In this document: positions 36,867-49,200 of the stretch, in pieces
Layout of the letters: every line of letters starts with the position of its first letter
Position numbering within the stretch: position 1 is the first letter of the stretch
Source of the DNA: a virus
Taxonomy: Duplodnaviria; Caudoviricetes
Direction: 5' to 3' (one strand)
Virus record (IMG/VR): IMGVR_UViG_3300025141_014484
Coordinates: 545-64,544 of that record
Length of the DNA: 64,000 nucleotides
Notes under the pieces: model-generated
What the model was told of the DNA's origin: nothing
Databases searched by the model: none
Seen by the model: the letters and a program-made list of their open reading frames with translations, nothing else
Position numbers and translations under genes: made by a program

Positions 36867-38684
36867 ATGGCTGACGACAGAGCAAATAATAGTACAAAGA
36901 CACAAAAGATAGTAAACTACTCTTCACGGGACTTCAATTCTATCAGAAATGGTCTTGTAGAATATGTAAAACGATATTACCCTGATTCATTTAAAGATTT
37001 TGCGACCGCTGGGTTCGGATCGTTGGTGCTTGATAGTGTTTCTTATGTAGGCGATGTATTATCGTTCTACATGGATTATCAGCTAAACGAGACCTTTTTA
37101 GACACCGCAAGTGAATATGATAATGTGGTCAAGATCGCGCGACAACTCGGTTATAAGTATGCTGATAAATTCTCATCAGTTGGAGCAGCCCAGTTCTTTA
37201 TTGCAATTCCAGCCGGCGCAGGAGGTGCACCCGACGAAGACTATATGCCGATCCTTCAAGCTAATTCAACTTTTACCACCTTAGCTGGCCAGAATTTTAC
37301 TTTAGTCGAAGACGTTAACTTTGCCACCACAACAAATCAGATTATTGTTAACAAAATAAACGAAACCACTGGAATGGCATCAGAGTATGCTGTAAAGGCT
37401 ACAGGAAAAGTTATTTCTGGTAGGGTGGAACGTCAGGAGATCTTGATCGGCCCGTTTGAAAGGTTTAGAAAAGTTCAATTGGCAGATCCAGATCCTATAG
37501 AAATTCTGAGTGTTAGAGATTCCGCCGGCCATAGATATTATCAAGTAGATCATCTGGCACAGGAAATTGTTTTCAAAGCAATTAGGAATAATAATTCGGA
37601 TAAAAAAACTGTCCCCTCGATTTTGAAGGCTATTCCGGTAACCCGTAGGTTCGTATTGGAACGAGATAGAACTACAGCGTATCTACAATTTGGATATGGT
37701 TCGGAGACAGAACTTACTAATGAATCAGTAGTGGATCCGAGTAAAATCACCCTGCAATTGCACGGCCGTGATTATGTAACACAGCAAGAGTTCGACCCCA
37801 CCAATTTAACTGAGACTGATAAGTTTGGTGTGGGCCCATCAAGCACCCGACTGACCGTAATTTATCGTGTGAATGATTCCACAGATGTTAATGTGGCAAC
37901 AAGCACTCTTACTCAAGTCGGCCTCCCTTTATTAAAGTTTCCCAACAGGCAAAGCTTAAATGCAACGACGCGTCGCGTAACCGCGGCCTCCCTCGAAGTA
38001 ACAAATGAGGACCCTATAGTGGGAGATATATCTGCGCCGACCACCGCTGAATTAAAACAAAGAGTCTTTTCACATTACGCTGCCCAGAATCGGGCGGTTA
38101 CAATTGAAGATTATAAAGCAATATCATATGCTATGCCACCTAGTTTCGGGGCCATATCAAAGTGTAGTTTCGAAAGAGATTTCGACTCGTTTAAAAGAAA
38201 TTTAAATATGTATGTGATGTCAACCGACGCGTCAGGGTTTTTAGTAGCTTCTTCAAAAACTATCAAGGAAAACTTAAAAACGTGGCTAACGCAATATAAA
38301 ATGATTAACGATACAATTGATATTCGAGATGCCAAGGTAGTAAATTTTGGTATTAATTTTTCAATTGTAGCGGATTACGAGGAAAACAAGTTTAACGTTG
38401 TGAACTTGGCAACCCAAAGATTGCAAAACTATTTTCAAAGACAAAAATATGATATATCGGAGCCACTCTACATAGTGGATATCTATAAAGAGTTAAATCG
38501 CGTCCCGGGCGTCGTCGATACCGTAGATGTTCAGATATTGCACAAACAAGGCGGCCGCTATTCTCAGGCTGATTTTGATTTTGACACTGCTTTGTCGGTT
38601 GATGGTCGTTACCTTGGCGGTGAGATTGATACAATTTTTGAAATCAAGTATCCCTTTACAGACGTTCAGGGAAGCGTTACCTAA
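36867..38684 (+). CDS. Baseplate wedge subunit, T4 gp6/baseplate-J-like
   Basis: NYSSRDFNSIR, YVGDVLSFYMD, NETFLDTA, ARQLGY, LQFG, AQNRAVTIEDY. Confidence 0.88.
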   Translation: MADDRANNSTKTQKIVNYSSRDFNSIRNGLVEYVKRYYPDSFKDFATAGFGSLVLDSVSYVGDVLSFYMDYQLNETFLDTASEYDNVVKIARQLGYKYADKFSSVGAAQFFIAIPAGAGGAPDEDYMPILQANSTFTTLAGQNFTLVEDVNFATTTNQIIVNKINETTGMASEYAVKATGKVISGRVERQEILIGPFERFRKVQLADPDPIEILSVRDSAGHRYYQVDHLAQEIVFKAIRNNNSDKKTVPSILKAIPVTRRFVLERDRTTAYLQFGYGSETELTNESVVDPSKITLQLHGRDYVTQQEFDPTNLTETDKFGVGPSSTRLTVIYRVNDSTDVNVATSTLTQVGLPLLKFPNRQSLNATTRRVTAASLEVTNEDPIVGDISAPTTAELKQRVFSHYAAQNRAVTIEDYKAISYAMPPSFGAISKCSFERDFDSFKRNLNMYVMSTDASGFLVASSKTIKENLKTWLTQYKMINDTIDIRDAKVVNFGINFSIVADYEENKFNVVNLATQRLQNYFQRQKYDISEPLYIVDIYKELNRVPGVVDTVDVQILHKQGGRYSQADFDFDTALSVDGRYLGGEIDTIFEIKYPFTDVQGSVT

Positions 38685-40252
38685 TGGCTATTCTAAGATA
38701 TTCTGCTAGCGCAGACACCACCATAACAAATGCATTCAAAGCTGACCTGACCAATAGAGGTACTGGCTCGAATATGGGCTATGCTGATTCCTTAGAAATA
38801 TTTTCTATATACGCTCAAACTTCTGGCTCAAGCACCGGCCGCTCGGCCGAATTGTCTAGGACCCTTGTTCAGTTCCCTGTTTCTAGGGTTATTTCTGATC
38901 GCGCCGCAGGCACCATACCTGCCTCCGGAAGTGTATCTTTCTATCTGAGAATGTTTAATGCAGAACACCCATTTACACTTCCTCAAGACTTTACTCTAAC
39001 CGTTGCACCCGTCTCACAATCCTGGGTAGAAGGAAGCGGCCTTGATATGGATGAGTATAAAGACCTGGGCTCCGCAAACTGGATGCAGGCAAGAGTATCG
39101 GCATCCACAGATGGTGGCGCCTGGAGCAAAGTAGGAGGCGATTATTTAACAGCTTCTAATCAACAGGTGTATTTCCAGCGGGGGTTTGAAGATTTAGAAG
39201 TTGATGTGTCAGATACTGTCGAGCTTTGGATTGCTGGAGTCGACCCTGCCTTCGCTACCAACTATGGCTTCGGGGTTCACTTAACAGCAAGCCAGGAAGC
39301 CTATCACTCTAGTTCTACTGGGCTCGATGGTCCCGCAACCGGAGTTATTCAAAATACGTCTGGTTCGACAGATTCCTACTATACAAAGAAATTCTTTGCT
39401 AGGTCTTCACAATACTTTTTTAAACGGCCGGCCCTAGAGGCCCGATGGGACTCTCGGGTTGAGGATGATAGAGAAAATTTCTTCTATTCTAGTTCTATAG
39501 CCCCCGCTGCAGATAATTTGAATACACTTTATTTGTATAACTATATTCGTGGCCAGCTTGTGAACATACCTGGCCTTTCGGGGGATAATTTGTCGGTATC
39601 GTTTTATTCCTCTTCTGCGGCTGCCGCCCCGGATGGGCCAAAGATTGTGCTCGCCGGAGGCGGTGATATTGTAGCAGATCTCGATTTGAACGCGACGGCA
39701 AGTTTGGTTAGCGGCAAGACGGGTATTTATTCTTGTGATTTGGCGATAACAGCCGCCGCCGGGACTGATATGCTCGAAGCAATACATGATGTTTGGCACT
39801 CAGGCGGCGTTGAATATTTCACTGGGTCTTTCTATCCGGAGAAGTTTCCTGTTTATGATGTAGCTCCAACATTCACCAGGGTGACTAGTTGCAGAAATCT
39901 TAAGAAATCGTATTCTCCACTAGATAAGGCGCGCTTTAGATTTTTTGTGCGTTCTAGAGACTGGAGTCCTACAATATACACGGTCGCAACGGCTAATAAT
40001 CCAACGGATATAATAACTAGCGCGTCATATAGTATAGTGAGAGTAACAGATAATTATCAGGCCGTAGCTTATGGCACTGGTTCCGATCTTAGCACCTATA
40101 TGTCTTATGACAAAGATGGAAGTTATTTTGATTTAGACATGTCGCTACTTGAGCCGGATTATATGTATGAAATTAAATTATCTTATTATAATGATAGTAT
40201 AGGAGATTGGCAGGAGCAACCACAAACGTTTAAATTTAGGGTTGAAGAATAA
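38684..40252 (+). CDS. Putative virion structural protein (Ser/Thr/Gly-rich)
   Basis: Translationally coupled to gp6; beta-rich composition; many TGS/SGS/TAS tripeptides. Confidence 0.7.
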   Translation: MAILRYSASADTTITNAFKADLTNRGTGSNMGYADSLEIFSIYAQTSGSSTGRSAELSRTLVQFPVSRVISDRAAGTIPASGSVSFYLRMFNAEHPFTLPQDFTLTVAPVSQSWVEGSGLDMDEYKDLGSANWMQARVSASTDGGAWSKVGGDYLTASNQQVYFQRGFEDLEVDVSDTVELWIAGVDPAFATNYGFGVHLTASQEAYHSSSTGLDGPATGVIQNTSGSTDSYYTKKFFARSSQYFFKRPALEARWDSRVEDDRENFFYSSSIAPAADNLNTLYLYNYIRGQLVNIPGLSGDNLSVSFYSSSAAAAPDGPKIVLAGGGDIVADLDLNATASLVSGKTGIYSCDLAITAAAGTDMLEAIHDVWHSGGVEYFTGSFYPEKFPVYDVAPTFTRVTSCRNLKKSYSPLDKARFRFFVRSRDWSPTIYTVATANNPTDIITSASYSIVRVTDNYQAVAYGTGSDLSTYMSYDKDGSYFDLDMSLLEPDYMYEIKLSYYNDSIGDWQEQPQTFKFRVEE

Positions 40253-40259
40253 TTAAAAC

Positions 40260-43200
40260 ATGAGCCTCGCAGGACTTTTTAAAAACATCGCTGTAACAAA
40301 AATAGTCGATGATAAAACAGCAGAGGAAATAGGCCGGATTGTCGAATCGTCCGACTATCATAAAGCTGACATAATCGACGAGAAGCGGTATGTTCCGCTT
40401 ATTGATTTTTCTGAACCTAAAAACTTTGCTAAGTATGGTTCCGCGGAAAAATACTATGAAGACTCCTTTACCTATGTTTCCTCCCTTTATCCTTATGATG
40501 GTTCGTTGGCTGAAAAGCTGCAGTGGAAGAACAGCGGCTCTTATCTAGACATTTATATATTTGATAGGGAATACCCCCGAACCAATGGTTATATAAATCT
40601 TTCGTATGATACCTGGGGGACACCCGCCTATGTACCAACTCTTGCAGCCTATGATGGGTATGGAATCCCCAATGCTAGCACAGATTATGAATATATTTCG
40701 GTTGACGGTGGCCCTGGTTTGGGAGGTGGGCCCCAGGCACAATCAGCCAACATTTATGATCCTGCTAATAATCGCGAATCTAATCTAGAGTTCGACTTAA
40801 CAAAGGGTGTCACTGTCGAATGCTGGTTAAAGAAGTCTGCGTTTAATACATCTAATACCGAAAAAGAAGTTTTAATTGATTTATGGAACAATGAGCTTAG
40901 TAGTTCTAATAGCTACGGGCGCTTTAGATTAGAGTTGACTGGCACCACAGCTTCCCCGGCATGGACGGCAACAGTTTTGTCCGGCTCGGACCCCACAGTT
41001 AATGGATTTCAGTGGCAAACGTTTGGTACAGGAAGTAGTTCAGATATTGCTGACGATCTGTGGCACCATTATGCATTTAGTTTCTTGTCGGCTTCCGCCG
41101 GCGTAACAGCCAAATATTATATCGATGGCAGCCTGCAAACCACGGAAAATCTAGGAACGGTAGGGATAAATAAGATCACCGGCTCGATGCAGGCGTATAT
41201 TGGAGCTCTGATAACGAAACCATCTGGATCCACCGCGCCATCGTCAGCGATAGCGAAATCCGGCAAAATGTCAGCATCTCTAGACGAGTTCAGATATTGG
41301 AAGACACAACGCAGCTCTGAGAAAATAGGGAAATACTGGTTTACACAAGTAGGTGGCGGCACTAACACTGATTTAGCCAACACCGATCTAGGTGTTTATT
41401 ATAAATTCAACGAAGGCATTACAACGACCGCTTCTGTTGATAGTGTGGTGTTGGATTATTCTGGTCGTGTTTCTAATGGTACGTGGACTGGATACTCCTC
41501 CGGGGCGCGAAATACGGGTTCGGCCATAGTAGAGGCTAGCGCGTCTGCGACCGAGTTTAAAGATCCCATAATATATGAAGCTCACCCCGACGTACAATCA
41601 AAACTCGCCACTCTTAAACTAACGGGGTCGGTACATGATAACGACAACTCTTCGCTGCTATTTTCCTATTTTCCTTCCTGGATGCAATCGAGAGATGTTG
41701 AGGACGGCTCAGAACTTAAAAAACTAACTCAGATAATGTCAAGCTATTTTGACACCCTGTATCTTCAAGTAGAAGATTTTGCAAATATAAAGAATATTAG
41801 ATATGTAACAGGGTCTGTTCTTAAAGAAAATACGTTAGGATCGCGCCTATTGGCTTCCAAGGGGCTGCTTGCACCGGAGTTGTTTTTAGACGCTGATATT
41901 TTAGAACAACTGGGTGATCGAAGCCTTGAGAGAGAATATAGAGATAGTCTAGCTAACATTAAGAATTCAATATATCAAAACATTTATAACAACTTATCAA
42001 ACATTTATAAGTCCAAAGGAACGAGGCAGTCATTTCGAAACTTATTGAGGTGCTTTGGGGTTGATGAAAAAATATTTAAACTCAATGTTTATGGCAACAA
42101 CGTTCAATATGATATAAGAAACAACAGGGAACTGTATAGTTCTAAAAAAAGATATGTTGATTTTAGCGTTAACGCCAGGTTTGATGCTACTCTTTTTCAG
42201 CAGACATCTAGTCTAGATTCCAACACGGTTGGGTTTATAACTGGTTCGTCCCAGCTGACCGGTGGCTTTGCTACTACCCTGGAAACATATGTGCAATTTC
42301 CTCACAAACCGGATCCATTTGAAAAGAAATATTCTGATTATGAGTTTAATTATTTAACATCCTCATTGTTCGGTGTTCACACAGTCGACCAGGCCCATCC
42401 TGAGCTATTAAGCTGGAATAGTCCAGATAATACCAATTTTCAAGTTTATGCTATTCGTGATGAAATGAATTCAACAGATGCTTGCTTCATTTTATCGAGC
42501 AGCGCCGGCGGCCTCATCCCGACTCTGTCTTCCTCCTATTATGACGATGTTTATTCAAATACAAATTGGGTTTTTGCTGTTACAGTGAAACCAGAAAAAT
42601 ATCCTCTGGTAAATTATATAACTGGATCCCATGAAGACATCGACAACAATGAGTTTTATATTGTGGAATTTAAGGGCACTCAAGTTGAAGCCGGCCTAGA
42701 AGTCAATTCATTTTTTGTTAGTGCTAGCGTAAACTGTTCGCTTGTACAGGGCGACGGTCCGGGCTTCGTAACCGGCTCTAAAAGAGCATATGTCGGCGCC
42801 CACCGTCAAAATTTCACCGGATCGGTCCTGCACAAGAGTGATGTCAGGGTTGGGTTCTGTAGGTATTGGCTTGATGATATAGTCCCCTCACAACTTGTTG
42901 CTCATGGTATGGATATCCATAATTATGGTACGGAAAATCCATCTCGAAGCCCATATCTCTTTCAAAATAATTTAGAATTCAATATTGATTTTGTAGAAGA
43001 AGACACGCTAGCTCTTAATTGGGACTTCGAAACCCTGACAGGCTCGAACTCTACGGGCACCTTTACGACTATAGACTTTTCATCAGGGTCCACGATCATG
43101 CAATCAGAGCAGTTTGGGATATTGGGTGATATTCTGGGCGCCCAACATTCTGGATATGGTTATGGTTTCCCAGTTAACACCACGAGCTCGATCTCTGTCG

Positions 43201-46200
43201 ATTATGTTTTGGCGTCCGAAATACAAGATTTTGAAAAACTCAACGCGTCTGACATGATCTCGGTTTTAAATACCCAGGATGACATTCAGTTCACCAGAGA
43301 GTCTCGGCCAATTAATTACTTATTTGCTATAGAAAAAAGCATGAACCAGACAATTTCGGAGAATATGATAAAGATGTTCTCGGTTATAAATGATTTCAAT
43401 AATATTGTTGGGGAGCCTGTAAACAAATACCGAGACAACTACAAACAACTCCGTGTATTAAGACAGAAATTTTTTGATAGAGTTGGCAACACGCCGGACC
43501 TAGATAAATATGTTGAATATTATAAGTGGTTTGATAGTGCACTTAGCAAGTTAATCGAGCAGCTTATACCCGCTTCTGCTGAATTTTCTAAAGATGTTCG
43601 GACTGTTGTAGAAAGCCATATTCTAGAAAGAAACAAATATCAATTTAGATTCCCCACAATGGATCTTAAGGGCGGCGAATATTCCGGAGATGTTAGGTCA
43701 CCCCTCCCGCTAAGCCCGGGCTGGCAATTTACGCACCATCCTGTTAATGACCAACAGGACACAAATTCCAATTATTGGAAGACATTGGCCTCCCGAGATA
43801 AGGGCCTTCTAAAAACAGACGATAATCTGCTTAATGCTAATAAACAAATAACATTTGATAACACTGCTGCTAGTACTAGAGCGAGGAAAGAAAAAAATAT
43901 TTATCGTTTCGTTACGACGAAGTCGAGGGTCATTAAGGCCGGGAACAATTATAGTCCAAGAAAAGTTCAAAATTATGTTTTCCCGGCAACAGCGCCATGG
44001 GGCCCTAATATTCTACACTCTAACGTACCCGAGAACATAATGTTGAGTTTTGCAAGTGACGTTGAAGATTTTAAAGACACGGTTGACGTTTTGAATCCTT
44101 CTGAAAAGAAGAGAATGAAGTTTGGAATAGACCCAACAATTAACAAAAGCGTTAATGTATCTGACAAAGCGGATGGCAATACTCTTGCTCCCTTTAGTTT
44201 ATACAGTTCCTCTACGGCAACGGGATATAACGCGGAAGTTAGCACTTATTATTCCGCTAGCGTTGAATTAACAAATCTGCATGAAGATATAGTAGGAAAC
44301 AGCGATACACGACCGCTTCAAGGCCCTTTCACTGAAAAGTTTGTTGGAGGCCGTTTTTATCGCCACACAGAACTAAATGATGGTAACGACACAAGATTCA
44401 CACGCGCCGAAGGCTTTAGATTACAGCTGGGCGGCTTGGCTTTAGATGGGTATCCCGGGGCCCTAGGAATTGTTCCGCCTAACTATCCTTTTCTTGATTC
44501 CCCTCCGGGCTCTGCACCCGAAGGTTTCCTTCCGGAATTAAAGACAGCACACCGACTTCGAGACGAGAACTCCAAGCGCCCAGTTAATATTAAGAACATA
44601 TTGATGACAACAGCGTCAGCTGACACACGCCTAAGCGGAACGATACTTCATAGTAAGATCGGCAACTACAGCAAAAACTATCAAGTTGTTCAAACAGCCG
44701 GCCGCACAATCAATGATCCGTTTTTCCAAGACCAGTCATTTGATTTTGCGCTGAATCCACAGAGCCCATACCCTCGGCTGCCGACTGTAGATCGTCACCC
44801 GGCCCAGAACATCAGAGTTAGAAATACTACGGCCATCTCAATTGATACGACCAGTAATACATTTAGGTTTGATGCTGATGCAGTACCGGCGATGAATACA
44901 AACAAACAAGAAACGTGGTCTTTTTGGCTTAATTGCACCAACCCGGGATCCGTACAGTTCTTTATAGTCGGCGACAACTCAGACGATAGGGTCATGGGTC
45001 TCACTGCAGCCAATAAATTAATTTTTCAAGCATATTTCACCGGCGACAATGGCCAATGGACTACGGACTTGGCTGTCACCACCGGCAACGAATGGATACA
45101 CGTTGCGGTGGTTTATGATGGCTCTTCGGACGCCAACGACCCACAGATGTTTGTAAATGGAGCTGAAGTTGCGCTTGACCCAGTCGCGACCATTAGGCCC
45201 ACTAACACTCTTAACGATTATACTGGTTGGATTTCTCTGGGGCAGGCAAACCTCACTAGATTTACAGGGTATATCTCAGACATTGCTTTCTACAATAAGA
45301 CGCTTACGAATAAGGAGATAGCCGCTGTTTATGGCAATTCTACGTTAGATTTAAAGAATTATGGACCACCACGCGTCGAGTCAAACCTCCTGTTATGGTA
45401 TCGTTGCGGCAACGGCCCGGGCGACAGCACCTCTGCTATTATTGATCAGATGGGTAACACAAACTTGGTGGCTGTGAACTCGCCTTCTCTTATTGATATC
45501 TCTCCCGGTGACTGCCTGGTTACTGCTAACGACAACAACTTCGCTCTCCCCGATCGTTCTGGCGCCAACTCGAATAAGACGGTATTCGTTAACAGATTCA
45601 GCGCACCGGGCAGCTATGAAGCCCTATCGCGAGGCTACCTCGACCCAGCACACGAAGAGAAATCAGTTTACAACGTGCTTCCTTACCGCAATCTATCTGT
45701 GCTTAATTACGGGACGGAAGCGTCCACCAGCGCAGATCCAACGATTGCAAATGCCATAGTTGTCAACGACTCTGTAGTTAGCCGCGCGCGAGGGCTGAGA
45801 CAAAGACAAACCGTTCATAACGCACAATTTGGTTATGATGGTGTATATACAGACAGCCCAGCTGCCTATAAGGTTAACAGGAACCGTAAGCTCCGCGTCG
45901 AAGACCACTATAACAGCTCTTTTGTTACAGCCTCAGTTTATGATAACTGGTTCAGCCACCGACCGATCCCGCGGTCTGAACAACAGTATTCATGGATAAC
46001 GGCCTCAATGGACCCAGAGAAAATTATATATGGATACAGCGAACTTAGCGGCGGCTATTTTGTTCAGAGTTTGCCCTTAATCTCCTCATCGTATCTCTTG
46101 GATGCCACCACCCCCGGATTGACGGTCGGAGTTGCCGACTTTGTTGGCATGAATAGGTTTGTTTTTGAGCCTCTTACTGGGTCCACGAATACATTGGGAT

Positions 46201-49200
46201 ACCCCGTTTCGGCCCCCCTTTCTAGTTATAGAAATACGTTTAAACTGCAACCCGGGTCGATCAGTACCCCGGACATCTTCAATACAGTATTGTTAAGCCG
46301 CAACGGCCCCTATGGGTGGCCCACCTGGAAACAGATACGTGTGGGCGAAAACCCGGTTAGGAGATATCACGAAAGAAACAGCATCTTGTCTGTGCGCACA
46401 AAGACAGCAACTGATACCAGAGTCGGCTCGCAGAAAGGAAATACCATAACTCAGTTTACTGAGCCTCAAGTATATTCTAGTGAAATTCCAATTGTTCATA
46501 AGATGACTACTGGCATACCTGGCACAACGGTCACAGTTCCCTCTGTGTTTAAGAGTTCGTTTGGCAATAAGCTTATACATCTTGCTAACTATGAGGCCAA
46601 CAATCTGCTTAATATCACAAAAGATTATCAATCTTCTGATCTTTATTTTAACAGAATCAATTCCATGATTCTGAAAGACCAAAACAACGATGCCACTGTA
46701 GCAGGGTCTCTATCGCAAATTAGTGCCATTTATGCGCAGACGGTATACCCAGCAGGCTATAATGCTAACCTGAATCGAACCAGAGCTCGAGAGAACTATA
46801 CAATAGCAGATATTTGGGATAATACAAGAACCTCACGCTCAACTTATAGCGGCACAACCAACTCTCAAGGTACTACTATAGTGAGCGCCAGTATCTGGCC
46901 CCTTGATGGCCATAATCATTATGAGACCACTAGTTCGGTGGGGCAAACTGGCTCCGCGGGAGCCCTCATCTACGACAGCGACGGCGCGGGTGAACTACAG
47001 AATGGATATTCTCGATACTTCCAGAGTGGCTCCGGAGGAACAATGAATTACCTGGCGCCAGCGGCTACCTACGCTTCTAGACTGCCACTTGGATCAACTG
47101 GTTCCTTCGATGTATTTGGTGGCGACGTCGTTTGGCAAGCCGGCGCCCAATCCGGCCTAGGCCTAGTGCCATATAAAACATATGAACAATATGCAGAGTA
47201 TCTGAGACTTGTCGGTAAAGACTATTCAATTGTTCCGGAGTTTAGAATTAGCAACCATGTTGGCAGCTACATTCTCAATAATAACCCCACGTCTCTTACT
47301 TCTAGTGTTGGGCTCTTTGATTTAACGGGCTCCGCATACGAAAACTCCTCAGAAACTGGATTTTATAAGACATATGCGAATTCTGATTTCATGAAGATGT
47401 TTGAGGTTGTTGAAGAGGCGTATGAAGGTCAGGAGCTTGTTGATGGGTCTAAGATGTCCATGGATACCATCGCCCTAAGGTGCAGCGCCCTATGCAAGTT
47501 CTTACCATACAAAGGTTTTTATCCGGCCGAAAGAACTTTAGAGCTAGCTACATTATTATCACAATCGTATGGTGATTCTCTTGTGCTCAACAGCCTTAGC
47601 GCCTCCTCGGCGACTGGTCCCATCAATGGAGACACAGCAGTTTATCGCGCTTTGTTGGAGCCACTCTTTGCCCCGGGCATTATGTATAACACAATCAAGT
47701 CAGGCCTAGCTGTTAGTAATTTTGTAGTAACTTGCACTGCAAGTGCCCCGCTGGAACCGTCCAGCCCCCCGAGCACCGGAAAGCCGGCGTCTGTATCGGC
47801 ATCTTTCATGGGGGGGTCGCATTCTACTGTTGTTGATAACCTGCCAAACCCAACTGCATTACCAGAGGGGGATGTTTGGTTTGAGCAGATGCTGTATTTT
47901 CCAGTTGACGTTCTTAATGATGGTCCTCGGGGAACGCCCGGAACAACGATTGCTCAAGGCGCCAGTACCAATGGGTTTATATACCAGAAGGTGCCATTTG
48001 AGGCCATTAAAACTCCTTCAAATTATTTAAGCAATCGTAATTTGAGAACCGAACTGGGCGGATCTGGTAGAATTTATGATAATGGTCTCGGAAGCGCTAG
48101 TCTAGAAGACTATAATGAATCTAAATTTAATTATGTTGAATTTAGTGGCGCCGGGGATAAGAGATATGAGTTTGCGGTGGATAATTTCCTTTGCGAAACT
48201 GTAAATTTCTTTGAAAATGGACTAACATCAATTTCTTCGAAACGTGAAGATGAATTTAAAGAAGTTCTTTCCGGCTCAACCTATTCCATGAGTTTAACTC
48301 TTCATCGACCAATATCCGGACCTTCTGATCTTTCTGGCACTTCTAATTCTGCAATGCAGCACCCTCCCAATCTGACCGGTCCGGCCAACCGAGATGCCTT
48401 TGAAATGTATCGTAGAGTTTCTGCATTCGGGCCGCCTCTAGCATCCATTGATATAGAAGACCCGGGTTCCGGCGAGTTTAGTGCGAGTTATTCTCACCTC
48501 ACGCCGGCGTATTTTGCTGGCACAGGATCTGCTCACCTAGCTTTTACTGCTCCGTACGATGGGATCCCAGCATTGGCCGATATTTTTGCCAATACCATTG
48601 TTACTTATACCCGCCATGAGACTACACCTCTTTACATAAAGAACAACGGATCCGGCGAAAATCAGTCAGCCCCAACTGAGTTTAGGGTGAATGTGGATGA
48701 TTCGTTTGATCTGTTTGGTTCCGTCGATATTGTCTCCGAGGGAACAACAGCTGGTGTTAAACGCTGGTTACTACAATCAAAGTTTGAAACCCCGATCTTG
48801 AATTTTGCCAACTCCACATCTAGTATTTATCCTCCGTCTACGGACCCGCGGTATGTAGGAGGCACAGCCGTCGCCACCACCGATGCAGGAGGGCTCACGG
48901 GCTCCGGGATGTGGCACACATTCGGAGAACTTGCAACCGGCAGCAACGGGGTTTTTGCAACAGTGACGGCACCTCGACGAAACTCGCTCGCAGACATTGT
49001 TGGAATCCCGGTGGGATCCCCTCAGAGAATTGGCGAAATAAAACAGCGTGGCCAATTACAGGAAGCAGTTGTAGCTGTCCCGTTTGTTATGGGAGAAGAC
49101 GGGAGGAGAAAGTTTTATAAACTACAGGCTGACGACCTAGACGCGAAGAAAAGTATAATGGGACATTTAGGAAAATATGTTTTCCCACCAAGATTTGATT